A DNA stretch of 63,969 bases, filler included, from Asterionella formosa (taxonomy: Eukaryota), in assembly GCA_002256025.1 (NCBI GenBank). It is 9 parts of 9 records of this genome, joined end to end, with 100 filler letters (N's around TTAATTAATTAA, not from the genome) between each part and the next. Parts side by side here need not be neighbours in the genome. Positions count along the whole stretch, not along the records: positions 1 to 7,100 come from NKIB01012528.1; positions 7,201 to 14,298 come from NKIB01012529.1; 7 more parts are not named here. One strand, written 5' to 3'. A model generated the notes under the pieces. It saw nothing but the letters and a program-made list of their open reading frames with translations, was not told where the DNA came from and did no database searches. Shown one piece after another: positions 1-12,277 of the stretch (position 1 is the stretch's first letter; each line of letters begins with the position of its first letter). Both the position numbers and the translations under genes were made by a program.

Positions 1-1130
1 AAGTACCACATTGATGGCTTCTTTACATTAAACATACTCCATCCTTCGAAGGCGCAATGTGTCAAAGCCACAATGTTTTTCGTTATTGCGTAAACTTTTT
101 CTTTCTTGTCATGTGCTTTACTACTATGCATATTTCTTTTCATGAAGCAGGCATTGTTTGTTAACATGACAGAACGATTTCGAATAACATTTTATCATAT
201 ATATAAAGAGTACCAGAAGCAGGTAGCAAGTGATAAACTGGGGGTACCAGGTAGTCAGAGTATTAGGTAGTAAGCGAGCAACAGAACGCCATATCCTTTT
301 CATGAAATCCATGAAATGTCATTTGGAAAGCAAGTTGTCAAAGGGTCAGAAGACTATGATATAAAACAGTGGAAGGGAAACGCGGAGCTTTTTGCGGCGC
401 GTGTAGAGGTGCAGCTGGTGTAATGGTAACCGAGTGTAGTACTTGTTGAACAGAGCACAGGAGTGTAATATGCAGGTTCCGCCAGCGTAGTGTTTACAAA
501 ATAAACATGCCGGCATCAAAACAGCTATAACAAGGAAAAACGACATGACAATGAATGTGATGGCTGGTTATTGAGGATACCGGTATGTGATATGCATCAA
601 TCCATATCACAAATCATATTATTGTGATGTACATATCAACGCATCCGTATACTTTGATCCTATCCACTGTATAATACTATCATATTAACTGTTGGCTTTC
701 ACTGTATACATTAAAAGTCGAATTTATGTATTAAGTACCATACTTTATGATTTATTTATTTATTTTCTGTGATGTATCGATAACACTTGCGTACATATTT
801 ATCGTATTTTATTGTCATTGTATTATTTTAACATAAGCATATTTTGATCAAAATTCTATGACAAACATTTTAAGAAATCATCATAGTTCTATGATCAATG
901 TATCATAGCTATGTGATATACTTTATTCAATATTACATATCATACTTTGGTGATGTATACATCGATGTAACCCTATCGTGATATCACATTATCATCTTAT
1001 AAATCATTCAATGTTGATTGGGAACTGTTCTGCATCGTACTACAGAGTATGATATTATATCACGTACTTTAGTAGCTAAGTCACTCCTGCTATGTACACA
1101 AGTTGAAAGTGCAAGTACAAGCACGCTAAT

Positions 1131-1550
1131 CAGGTTTGAGGCAACGGACAGTGGTTCCAACGAGCGAATGACGATACCATGGGTACCAATTTTTCCAGTG
1201 GCAAAACCGCAATGATGAAGGACACTTGTCCCTCTATTGATGAGGATGACACGGACACCGACTTTTCCTGGAGCAAACAAAAAAGAAGAGACCCACTTGT
1301 CGCTCTATTGATATTAACAAAGATGCCGACAAGTTCAACAGTGAATACAAGAAGAACATACCATTGAAAACCAGTCGACAGTGTGTGTACGCAAATGCCA
1401 AGCAGGTTTGAGGCAACGGACAATTCCAACAAGCAGAAGACGATACAGATATCAAATTTTTCCTACAAGCAAACAACAATGAAGAGAGCCACTTGCTTTT
1501 GCTCTCTTGATGGTATCAAAGATGCGGACAAGTTCAATAGTTAATTCAAG
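1131..1550. repeat. Degenerate direct-repeat cluster
   Basis: CAGGTTTGAGGCAACGGACA occurs at ~1131 and ~1403. The block ...TTTTCCT...AGCAAACAA...GAAGAGA..CACTTG...AAAGATGC.GACAAGTTCAA occurs at ~1263-1340 and ~1457-1540. Confidence 0.6.
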
Positions 1551-1884
1551 TACAGTATGCCAAATGCAGAAACGAGCGAGCGATATGAAAAGAAAGAAAT
1601 TCTAATCAGAATCATTCTATAACTATAGCTATGTGGACAGTAGTCTGTTATGCAAATTTCGTATCTCCTACTATGCTGAAACTCAATAGTAGATGTAGTA
1701 TCATGTGAGAATTGAAAATGTCATCAAGAACAAGTAGAATGTGTTTGTTTACGGGTTGATTGGCGAGATTGTAATGCTGGTGGTTGACAAAACGGATTCA
1801 CAATGTGCGCTGTGTGTGGAACCATTCCGAGTTCGAATGATTTCTTCTCTGTATGATTTCTTCTCTGTAAACTCTTAATTGAAT

Positions 1885-2215
1885 GATTATGAATAAAGGT
1901 TCACTGCACATGACGATTACTCAAAGATATAATGATGATCACTTGACCAACAATTGAAGACGCTGTTATCGCAAACAATCATTCCACTTGTCATTGCTAG
2001 TATTTCGTTGTTGTTGCAAAAATCAGAGTGATGATGGATGGAAATGACAAGCCAAATTACATTACTTCAGCTGGTACATTATCCTACCAAGAAATTCGAA
2101 TACAGGAATCTAATAGAAACAATACATATAAAAATTAAATATATGTAGTCAAAAGGGTTACTATTTAAATTACAAGGGCATTTATCAAAATAATTAGAAG
2201 ATATAACGAAAAATT
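1885..2215. repeat. Dispersed AT-rich repeat, probably part of a non-autonomous element
   Basis: A reverse-complement copy lies at ~51868-52200 and a partial copy at ~9575-9650. The adjoining part of the contig-8 copy (~51770-51860) matches 21385-21482 in reverse complement. Confidence 0.75.
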
Positions 2216-2289
2216 ATGATCAGATGATCACAATCCTATTATGCATAATGGAAATATAATAGTTTTTATTTGCAGACGCCAAGGATACC

Positions 2290-3250
2290 CATGAGCTGAT
2301 TGTCCCAAGGTTTTAGGCGTCCAATGCATGCAGGAAAACGAAAAAGACTGTGCAAGCATGTGACATGGATCAAGTTGGGTACTAGGTGGAGGAGTATGGT
2401 GAACACAAGGTGTGGGTATTCATTGTTGTGCACAAACTGGTTTACCAACTCATTTGCACCTGTGGCTACTATGGATACAAGCATCAAAGTTGTCTTTGAA
2501 ACCACTACTGTGCACAAGAAAAAATAGACATGGGAAGTCATTGATGTCAAAGGATCCTTTCTTGAGTGAGATATAGAGGAAGACATCCACCTTGAATGAA
2601 CTAAAGGTGTTGCCAAATGGGTTCTGAAGATAACAAGGTTGTTTTAGACAATTGCATTCGTCTAAACTATGCATGGACAGTAGCTACAATCTACATGACA
2701 GAGGGGCATACAAGAAATTCTGATTGGTAATGAAACAGGAGAGCCAAGTAGACCCATGCCTCTTTTACTTGAAAAGTGAATTTAAGATTGGTTCTAACTG
2801 TCTATATCTTTGTTCATGACTGCCTTTTCACAGGGGAACAAACCAATGCTGACTGGCTTAACTGAAGCCAAGAAGCAGGTCATTATCAATGAACTTGGAC
2901 CAATCTAGAGCCATATGGGAGTTTTATGACTTGGAAACAGATGATGATGGAAGATTTCTTGAATCTACTATGGAGAATTTCATTAAAGTTGTTCTGCTCT
3001 ATCAGAAGATCTTGTGGTGCTCCATGAATTATTTGTGGAGTAAGCTTTTTAATTGGTGAAAGAATCATTGGTTCTGGATGGGACAAATTCAGTGAATTAC
3101 TTTGAAATTAAGGCCACAGTTTCTTTGGGGAGAGTAGTCTCATACTTTGTATAAATATGCCACCATTTTCGGGGTGTCAACTGTTCCATGTCCTCCTTCC
3201 TTTTTTTGCTTGAAAGGTATGTTGATTGCAGGGTACACTGTTCATCATAT
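2290..3250 (+). pseudogene. Degenerate Ty1/Copia pol (reverse transcriptase) fragment
   Basis: Broken frames carry Copia RT motifs: FTNSFAPVAT..TSIKVV, WEVIDVKGSFLE*, VDPCLFYL and a decayed YVDD-like FVHDC. There are multiple stops and frameshifts. Confidence 0.7.
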
Positions 3251-3416
3251 ATTCTAGTGACTTTGATAGAGACATGGAACTTGGTTGCAATCCACCTGTA
3301 CAACCATGTTGATTATGGTCGTTGTCCCAAGCTAAAGTCTTGCTTCTTAGTCTATTCAAGTCAACCAGTTGAAGGAGTGACTCATTGTTGTTGTCTTCGG
3401 ATGGTGCTAGGGTTGT

Positions 3417-5084
3417 CTAGACAACAACAGAAGGATCAACAAATATAAATGTTTCATTGCTGGCCTTCTCATGTGTACTTGCTGCATCGAAATTCACTTT
3501 AACGTGACTGGTCTTGTTTGAAGCTACTCTGGGCACCGCTGGCATATTTGGATCAGATGGTCCTCCAGACGATTCCAGCTGTGTTGTCCTATTGACAGAG
3601 CAAGGGCTTAATGACTTGTCTGATTCCAGATGGATGGACTCCTTTGAATTTCTTCTTGACGAAAAACTAAAAAAGCGCCTTTTAAACAAAATCTGCTTCA
3701 AACGATGCCGTTGAGGCACAGGAACCTCATCCACCGACAACACTGCGGGAGTATCAAATTGCTTGGACACCACTTGCGACCTATACTGTGCTTGTTCATT
3801 CAACTGAGGTGATGCTTTGGAAGCCATGCAAATGAATGGTGAAACTATGTCATGAAACAAAGTGCCACACCCTTCACCTGGTGACGTTTCTGCCTCAGTT
3901 TCATCCTTCCTTGATGGTGTTATTGGCATCCTCTCACTCCTGGGTCCTTGTCGCCTTGCAGATGTTAACCACGACACTTGTGGTTTCGTTATATTCATTG
4001 GCTGACACGGATTGTTTAGTTGAGAAGGAAAAGTGGGAGCCAAGCACGCAAATAGATAAAGAACTAAATCCTTGAACAAGGCATTCCAACCTTCTTGGTC
4101 CATAGATGGCGAGTGTTGACTTTTAGTTGATGTTCCATTGGTTTCCTTTCTCCAATTGAGTATTGAGGAATACGAGGTAGATGCTTTGCATGCATTGTAT
4201 CGATCAGGTATGTCCTCGGCACAGCATTCGATGAATGGAGATAAGCTAGCGCTTTCTGAGACAATGGACAAGTAGCTGCTGCCGTCATCGTCAAAGGTAT
4301 CCGTCCATGACAGCGACCAACTTGTTACTCCAGAAGACAAATCATCCGCTTTGATACTCAGCTCTTCTTCCAGTGTCTGCTGGTTACGGTTGTTGACAGT
4401 AATTTTTGTGGCTTTCGAATTGGTAGTTCCAAAAATGGTCCCTTCCAAAGCTGGCGGCGTTGATTCGTTGCAACAATTTTCTTCAACGTCCAACTTACCC
4501 ACCACCGAGAGCAATGCCCCCAATACTTGCACTCTCGAGACTCGCTTACCATGTTTGACAGAGCTTTGAAGTTGGTCTTGCATTTTTTGTAATGCGACTG
4601 TCACGTCAGTCACGGCATCCTGGGTCAGCGAGATTTGCGATGTGCTTCTACTACTTTTCGAGGACATTGTGTTTTGATCAGAAGAGGATGATCGGTGCAT
4701 GACAAGTGGGGGAGTGGCCCTTTTCTTGCTTTGTGAAAATCGTTTATCCATGTTTTGATTGACAGTTTCGCAAGTCTTGGTGGTATCCAGTAACGGAGAA
4801 GTGCAAGTTCTCGGCCCCTGTGACGGGGTACCATCGTCGTTACGAAACCAGCCCCATTCTGATACTTTTAAACCTTGATGTTCATTGGGTACGCAAGTGC
4901 TTGTATTCCTTGTCAACATCATGTAATTCCTTCTGAAAGTTTCCTCCTCCTGAGCTGTCAGAGCTGCGTCGTCGTTGTCCCATGAAGGGAAAGGAACGAG
5001 GTCAAACTCCCTCTCTGAATCCTTTTCAGCATTCAGACGAAGACGACGAGGCGACAGCGAGTGGCGGAGGGTCTTCATGGGCAT
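3417..5084 (-). CDS. Hypothetical Ser/Thr-rich, probably largely disordered protein (555 aa)
   Basis: Uninterrupted 1668-nt ORF with higher GC than its flanks. No recognisable domain. Confidence 0.7.
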   Translation of the reverse strand: MPMKTLRHSLSPRRLRLNAEKDSEREFDLVPFPSWDNDDAALTAQEEETFRRNYMMLTRNTSTCVPNEHQGLKVSEWGWFRNDDGTPSQGPRTCTSPLLDTTKTCETVNQNMDKRFSQSKKRATPPLVMHRSSSSDQNTMSSKSSRSTSQISLTQDAVTDVTVALQKMQDQLQSSVKHGKRVSRVQVLGALLSVVGKLDVEENCCNESTPPALEGTIFGTTNSKATKITVNNRNQQTLEEELSIKADDLSSGVTSWSLSWTDTFDDDGSSYLSIVSESASLSPFIECCAEDIPDRYNACKASTSYSSILNWRKETNGTSTKSQHSPSMDQEGWNALFKDLVLYLFACLAPTFPSQLNNPCQPMNITKPQVSWLTSARRQGPRSERMPITPSRKDETEAETSPGEGCGTLFHDIVSPFICMASKASPQLNEQAQYRSQVVSKQFDTPAVLSVDEVPVPQRHRLKQILFKRRFFSFSSRRNSKESIHLESDKSLSPCSVNRTTQLESSGGPSDPNMPAVPRVASNKTSHVKVNFDAASTHEKASNETFIFVDPSVVV

Positions 5085-5572
5085 GCTCTATTTCTGTTGT
5101 TATCTTCTGACTTTCCTTTGTGATCTCCAATGAATTATAATTTGCCGCCTCATTTGTGAACATGGAAATATGCATAAAATTGTTTTGACTTCTCATAAAC
5201 ATGAAAAGGAGAGGAACGGCCGGCGATTATAATGTGTATGGATGAATGCATCTCTTCTTGACCCAATATTCAAATAAGCACAACATGCAAACGCAGACCG
5301 GGAGTAAAGCACATCCGGCGTTCACACATAAATAAATGAAGTATGTACCCGCCGAACTAAAAATATATAAAATGGCCACTTTGTCCCGCTCCGTATAGGA
5401 TGTCGGGGAGGAGATAGCAGGCTCGGTACACTAATTTGGAAGTAAAAAAAATAAGCGGTTAGAAGTTAAATTGCACATCATATGATCGAGCTAGATAGAG
5501 CACGGGGTAGGCTACCTGTCATTTTTATGTACCTACCGGTAATATAAATGCTGGATGCTGCTAGGTCGTATA

Positions 5573-5990
5573 CTAGTAAAGAACTGCTGTGACCCACTGA
5601 GTTCTCCTATTCGTGTGATTACTTCGACTAAACCTATTCCACGCCTTGCGAGAATCAAACTTCCAGGTCTTGTTAACCAAAGGAGTCAGCAGGTTGTGAA
5701 TCTGTCGGTATTCTCATTGAAGGTGAGGTACTGAGATACGAACCCTTTAATCTGGACAAAATTGGTCAAATGGGTCACAGCAGTACTTAAATTTTTATGT
5801 ATAATTAATTGTACATACCATTGTGATCACAGATTACCCCATTTGGTTTTCGCAAAATTATTTTTATGAATTTTCGCATCCATTATATTTATATACATAT
5901 GAATATTCAATCGTGCTTATAAAGTCTACGCTGTTAATAATCTTTGAACAAAATGTTCTATAAAGAATCATCAATTAGAAAAAATTCTAA
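5573..5990 (+). mobile_element. Degenerate terminal fragment of a pogo-like DNA transposon
   Basis: TA|CTAGTAAAGAACTGCTGTGACCCACT matches the terminus at 12278 (CCAGTAAAAAACTGCTGTGACCCACT). Both also share the internal GATTACCCCAT motif. Confidence 0.55.
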
Positions 5991-6006
5991 TATTGAATGA
6001 GACTTT

Positions 6007-6212
6007 GGATTGCTGAAGGCAATACACGCCCGAGGTGGTCTCTTGCCTGCGAGTATACATGTGTTCGAGGCTGGGTGGCGCGAATAGGTTGACCGTACGA
6101 GTGGCGCCCCCGGCGCTGCGAGAAGGTCACCCTACGAGTGCCATCCCAGTCGAGTACACATGTATACGAGAAGGCAAGTAGCCGCCGAGAAGGGTATTGT
6201 TGAGGCAATTCC
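6007..6212 (+). ncRNA. Candidate structured RNA (or ssDNA): long rod-like hairpin with six periodic tandem G-A motifs
   Basis: The arms pair through GGCAATAC/GTATTGTT, GTGGT/GCCGC, TTGCCT/AGGCAA, TATACATGTGT/ACACATGTATA, GCTGGG/CCCAGT, TAGG/CCTA, TGACC/GGTCA and TGGCGCC/GGCGCTG. These helices are separated by CGAG-CGAG (or YGAR) appositions. The G-U pairs work only on the + strand. No family recognised. Confidence 0.5.
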
Positions 6213-6570
6213 CGCTCTAGCTATCGTCGCGTCATTCGCTTACCTACTGCCCACAAATTTAGCATAAATGTCAATTTTAGCCTACTATTGCCCATCATAT
6301 ATTTCCTATCTTCACCTCGAAAATTGCCAAAGGTCCGATATTGCCCATCATTAAAATATATTTTATATATTTCATATGTTCGCATTTTGGCAAGACAACA
6401 GACACCAATTGCCCCTCGGTTTTCCAGCCCTGGGATTGCCGAAATCGGCAAGGGGTCTACTTAAGGAAACTATGTTATATACTATACAGATTTCAATAAT
6501 TTATTTCTAGAATTCACCTCGTCTTTGTTCGTCTCCTGAAAAGTGGACTCCGGCAATTCACCTTTCACCA

Positions 6571-6992
6571 TGTTAAAGTGAGCTCATCTACGTAGTTAGG
6601 ACTCGGAGTCAAACGAGTCAAACGATTCGAATGAGTCCACTTTGATGTACCAAGCTCTCATCAACCACACATTATACTTTGCTACTCCGACTATAATGAG
6701 CCGGACAACATAAGCTATTTCGGAAGACCGATAGTTTGAAATGAATGATCATGGTTAAATACCTATGATCAGTAAGTGTGAGATAGACATGGGTCTATCT
6801 ATGATTGTATGTTCCTAGAAATGCAAACAGCATTTGGAGAATAGTTCGTTTGTTTTGTTCAAACAGAACAACCTAAACTAGATTAGTAAACTCACAATAA
6901 GAATATAGAAACGGAAAGAGAAACGAACGTCTCTATCTATAGTCTTCTTTGTCTAACGATATAGATCTATACAAAAAGGTAATACTTTAACA
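6571..6992 (+). mobile_element. 5' LTR of a Ty1/Copia (CoDi-like) retrotransposon
   Basis: Starts TGTTAAAGT and ends ACTTTAACA, a perfect 9-bp terminal inverted repeat with TG...CA ends. A Gag-like start follows 30 nt downstream. Confidence 0.7.
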
Positions 6993-7021
6993 CGTTTATA
7001 AACGAACTTAAGTGTTTTAAC

Positions 7022-7100
7022 ATGTCTACAGAAATGTCTGAAGAGAGCATGAGGCTCATCAAGTTTGATGGCAACGAAACGAACTGGTACCAGTGGAGCG
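7022..7100 (+). CDS. gag: Copia Gag N-terminus (truncated by contig end)
   Basis: MSTEMSEESMRLIKFDGNETNWYQWS fits the Copia Gag N-terminal FDG..NW..W motif. Confidence 0.65.
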
Positions 7101-7200
7101 NNNNNNNNNNNNNNNNNNNNNNNNNNNNNNNNNNNNNNNNNNNNTTAATTAATTAANNNNNNNNNNNNNNNNNNNNNNNNNNNNNNNNNNNNNNNNNNNN
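7101..7200. other. Artificial contig-joining linker (one of eight)
   Basis: N44-TTAATTAATTAA-N44, with stops in all six frames. Identical linkers start at 14299, 21483, 28663, 35841, 43014, 50184 and 57353. Confidence 0.98.
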
Positions 7201-7559
7201 CCTTTCTGCACTTTCTCGCCAAAAGTTAAGCAACTACTGATGCTATTTGAAGGTTACCAATGTAATTGATTCACCTTCAAACCCTACCAATGTTGAGCAA
7301 TTGCTGTCGGAAAAATCAATAAAATTGCCCTTCTCAACAGTCTCCAAAATATCGGAATGAGAATCCTCACTATGCGCCAAAACGTCCTCATCGGAATAGG
7401 AGTCTTGTGAAGGAATTTCCTTTTAGTCATAAAATCCTCTGTATATAGCAATGTCTGTGCACTAATTTCCGATCTTATAAATAATTCAAATGGAGTCATT
7501 GATATTCATAAGCGCTCCTACAAATTCCCACTCTCAATGAAGTTTGGCGATCCTAGCTA

Positions 7560-7925
7560 CATCTAAGCCGCGTGTTATGTGAAGTGACCATCACGTAAAT
7601 AAGCCTAGTTGATTTTGAATGGATCACATGAATTACTTGAATACATCAAAATGCTTACTTGAATATATCTATATATTATCTGAATACATCACGTTAATTA
7701 TTTGATCAGAGTATCATGCATGCATTCCTGATCATCACTATATTACTTGATCACCTTCACATAATTAATTGAAATACTTCATACACGTAATTATTCGAAA
7801 CACTTCAATTAATTCTGTAATTTAGTTCACATCGCCTTATAATTTTGTTCACGTAATTCTATAATATAGTTCACGTAATGTATTAAATTTGTTTACGTAA
7901 TTCTGTAATTTTGTTCACGTAATTT
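7560..7925 (+). mobile_element. Terminus of an unclassified TIR element (CATCTAAGCCGCG...) with subterminal tandem repeats
   Basis: Near-identical to 42647-43013. An inverted terminus CGCGTCTTAGATG lies at ~43208-43220. TTCAC(A/G)TAATT is repeated many times. Confidence 0.6.
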
Positions 7926-10900
7926 AAAAGTACTATCAAATATGTTGATTACTAATTCAACTACCGGTATTTCACATTACATGGGAAACAAATCTCGATA
8001 TGCAATCAAACACAGCAGTTCTTTCAGAATGATGGCATCTTCAGTCTTGAGAAGGCAGGCATCATGAGACGTCTATAAGGACAATGCAAGACAAACAGTA
8101 GCTGTTCATTCTGAATGAAAAAATAAAAAAAATAAAAAAAGAATATTCATTCTTGAACAGGCATCATGGTGCGAAATTGCAACAGGAATGCATTACACTG
8201 ACTTCCTTCTTGTCCTTGAAATGACTTCTTCATTGACCTGCAAAGATTTACATAACAACAGTGTGTCAGTAATTCATTTAATAGAACTCCTAGCAACAGC
8301 ATAAAGCAACACACACATGTGCTATTCAACTGTTTCACGAAGCAGTCAAGTTGACAGCAAGACACCGGCATTAGCCACCATGCAGCACCGCAACTCACTG
8401 ATGCATTCAAAATAATGCTCCTGTTGTGAAATGGATGGCTAAAACGTAAAATAAATGTAGAGAACAATAACAAAAGCGAGTGATTTATCGCTCGCTTTGC
8501 TAATGTGATGAAAAAAACTGAGAATTAAGATCACGGGTCTCCATATTGCATCATTTCACCTTCTATCACTCCTGCTTTCAAAAGAACACTCCTTTTCTAA
8601 AAAGGCCTGTTCAAATGTCAAATGAATGTTGAGAACAGCAGCATATCATTATGAATTATCACTCGCTTGGTGATATGATAGCAAAAACCTTAAAAGTATC
8701 CATTGCGAACGATCTCAATGTTGCATCATTCCACCTTTTGTTAGTGCAACAAACCATACTATATGAGCTGGCTGATAAAATATTTGTTTATAGTGAGGCA
8801 GCTGAAAATCTGGAAGGGGGATGCTAGTAGTTATAAGGGTCGTCCCCATGTTGAAAATGAATTGTTCACAATGGTGTTGAATGTTGGTGTTTTAATGAAT
8901 TCAGAGGGTCAAAAATCCTGGCGCAGCCATGACTTCATCGTTGTAGCTACCAACAGAACCTACTATCTACACGAAAAAATCTGGCGCAGTCTTGCTAACC
9001 ATTTCGTCGGGAAAATTTCTGAGGCTAGCTGCAAGTGTGACTTGAACAAATATGACAAGAGGGAGAGGACACAGCCAATAGTTACTCCTAGCTAATTGCA
9101 TATGCACTGGATGAGCTACCATTAGCCTCGTCCTAGTACTATAGTAAAAAATACGCCTAGATTTTCTATTGAAAACAATCAACTGATGATTTAACCAATT
9201 CACTTTCATGATGAAATTTTAATCTGTTGTGCGTGTCTTCCTCAACTCTGTGTGATTTGTAAATTCAGAGCATTGTAGCAACTGCGTGGCAACCCATCGG
9301 TCGTCCCATGCTTGTTCCGCCTAAAAAGAGCTCTTGGATCCCTCGAGTGTCATTGACTCCATATGACGATTTTTTCCTTCTCAGTTCATCTTCTAGCTAG
9401 AATGGCTTCTGTTACTGATTTCACTCGTCCATCTGGCCCTAATCGGCCGGTTTCCAGTCAAATTCAGTTTGGTCAAAGCGCACCCTCTCCTGATCCCATC
9501 AGCCAACGCCATCGTATGCAAATAAAAACCATGATATTCCTATGATGCATCATAGGATTATGATCATCTGATCATAATTTTTCGTTATATCATCAAATAA
9601 TTTTGATAAATTCTCTCGTAATTTAAATAGTAACCCTTTTGACTATGGAAATTTAATTATTAAATGTAGCTAAACAACATCCAATATAGAACAGCTCAAT
9701 CTAATTCTCCGTAACATCGTCTCTCTAACAAGAACGTAATACATCTAGAATTGAAACGGAGCAAAGAAGCATGAGACTATCTATTTATAGTAACAGAGTG
9801 ATTCTGGTTTCGTAATTTTCATGTCTCATCAGATTTCCTTTGTCATCGTACTTGTTCCTTGCCTTTGAAGACAGGAGCGTATTATTTGATTTATCTGGAA
9901 TGCTTCAATGGATGGCAGCAGTTGGATTTAGACACAAACCTCGACAAAAGCACTACTTTGTAGATGTTCATAAAAAGCCAGACACTTTGGTCTATCGACC
10001 ACCAGTCCGTCTATGCTGCAAAAATGCAAGAAGTACAAGTTGAATGCCCATTTATGGATTCAAGTTTCAGTAGTGCAACAATGTAAATTATTAGAAAACG
10101 GAAGTCACATTTCATCTAATTACGATTTTCATTAGCTATCATACTAGTATTGATTGAGAGGAAGCAATGAAAGAATGCTAAACGGGCGGGGGCAAACACA
10201 GAGAAGCCTACTAATTTTTCTCCCCAATGATCCCAGACCCTTCTTGAATGACACTTGCTACAGAAAATGGAGAACAGCCGCCATGATCTGTTGATTGTTT
10301 ATGTATGCCACTGACCAAAACCTCCAGAAATCGCAATGAGCGAGTTGTTTATTGACTTGAATGACCAAGGGATCAAAACCAGTGGAAAAAGCAAAAGGGA
10401 ACTAAAAATTCTCTGCAAACATCAGGACAATTGTGAAAGAGAAATGAAGGTTCTTGGGGGGAGAAGTAAAGGGATAATTGCTTCTGGTCTTGCGGGAACA
10501 AGAATGGATTGACCCAAACAATGTAGACAAATAGGTACCTACCGGAAAAGGAAGCAATGCTTTCGGCATCATCAATCTATTCACAAGCCTGCTTTACCTG
10601 ACATCAATATAGCTACCTCGACTTCATCAATGAAGAAGTCAATGGGTGGAGCATGTGAGGAATATCGGGGTTGAGGTTTTCTCGACGCCAACGTGGACCT
10701 GCTTGGCTGAACTCCTTGCAGATGAAGGCATTGAGTAACCTGGGACTGTGAAGCCAAAGGACAAAGAAAAATCTATGACAAGGGTGGTGAGATAGTGTTC
10801 AGGAGGGGGGAGCAAAAGTTATCATAGCTGAACGCATTCGAAAATTCGTAAAGACAATAAATGGTGGCATACCATGGCTGCTCTTGGCTGACAGTTGCCA

Positions 10901-11807
10901 AATCAAGTACAAACACAACGAGGGTGCACAAAAGACAGTCCAATTTTAATCAACTAACTGGTACTTCGTTGTGAGACTCACCATTCTGCAATGGGGTGGA
11001 CTTTGATAATTGCTTCGTTCGAAGCACATTCAATTCGAATGCTGTCCAGTGAAACAGCCAATGAAAACAATTGTGGCGAAAAAGCGCAGAACAGATCAAG
11101 AGTTTTCATTGGAATTAAAATAACAGGGCATAGATGATGCACTGCTCCTTGTGTAGACTATATTTGATCATTTCAATATTTCATGCTATACCACAGGTGC
11201 AGCATGGATGACTCCTCCCGCCCTTTCATTAGATATGCAGCCAAGTTGCGATAAATCTACAGGACCTATAGGATTGGTAGTCTGGTGGTCATCATTTCCG
11301 CATTGTATATACCAATACTAGGAGTCATGTATGCAAGAATGCTGCGATAATTCTTACAAGAAATAAAAATTTGGTAGCTTGGGGGTTATCACTTCCGTAC
11401 TATATACAGGGGGGAAGGGGTTGCATGCATGAGCAACTTCTCCGGTATAAACTATGATCTTTAATTAATAAATTTTGATTTGTTTATCCTATACCTTTGA
11501 TCATAACATATTGATCATATGATGAACGGTGTCGTTGATGAGAAAATGAAAGATCAAAATTTATTTTCAGGAATCAGGATTAAATGATCTTTAAAATATG
11601 ATCAAATGATCCTAAACACATGAGCATATTCAGTTTTCCGCTGCACTATTGTGGCATTTCCATGATAGAAATAATTCCCAGCAAGTATACAGTACTACCG
11701 GTAGGCCATATAAATTTTGGTCAATATGTCTATATACATAAATGTATGATTTCGACCATTTGAAAAATTGGTGATGACTCCCCTCCCATTTATTAAGGGG
11801 CTTAATT

Positions 11808-11930
11808 AAATCAGCCACTGACTTGTAGGTACAAGAATTGACACAAAACAAATTGAAAAAATTCAACAGGTCGTGGAAAACTATGAACTCATCATACATT
11901 GTATATTTTTGAATTATGTAAAATCAAAAT
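11808..11930 (+). repeat. Dispersed repeat
   Basis: Near-identical to 50284-50405 (AAATCAGCCACTGACTTGTAGGTACAAGAATTGACAC...). Confidence 0.8.
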
Positions 11931-12021
11931 TTCTAATCAGCGCTATGATCACGGTTCTAATACAATATCGCAAAACACAAGGCACTGAAGGGAAGCAAAG
12001 GGAAGCAACCGAGCGCTATCA

Positions 12022-12274
12022 ACATGCTGATGGTTGTAACAACAAGAGATTCATCGCGAAAACGCTTTTAGCTATATTTTTAGAAATCATGGTTTGTACC
12101 AGGCCTACGAGAGCTACTATATGTTCTTCGATCATGCACCCAGCCATACATGCTGATGGTTGTAACAACAAGAGATTCAACTCGAAAATTTTTTTAGCTT
12201 TATTTTTAGAAATCATGGTTTGTACCAGGCCTACGAGAGCTACTATGTGTTCATCGATCATGCACCCAGCCATA
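12022..12274. repeat. Tandem duplication, 2 x 126 bp
   Basis: ACATGCTGATGGTTGTAACAACAAGAGATTCA...CACCCAGCCATA occurs at 12022 and 12148. Confidence 0.9.
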
Positions 12275-12277
12275 CTA

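Noticed and set aside
6007..6212. Identification of the hairpin as SRP RNA, U3, tRNA or a Helitron 3' end
   Set aside because: I found no SRP helix-8 motif, box C/D elements or cloverleaf, and it is far longer than a typical Helitron terminal hairpin.
7101..7200. Regularly spaced TTAATTAATTAA within N runs, and any gene neighbourhood across them
   Set aside because: These are artificial linkers joining size-sorted contigs. ABCB, P5CS/bZIP and the transposons on different contigs are not physically linked.
10900..11100. Minus-strand PLQNG followed by GTGAGT, suggesting a protease exon
   Set aside because: No downstream exon supplying the expected DCG was found.
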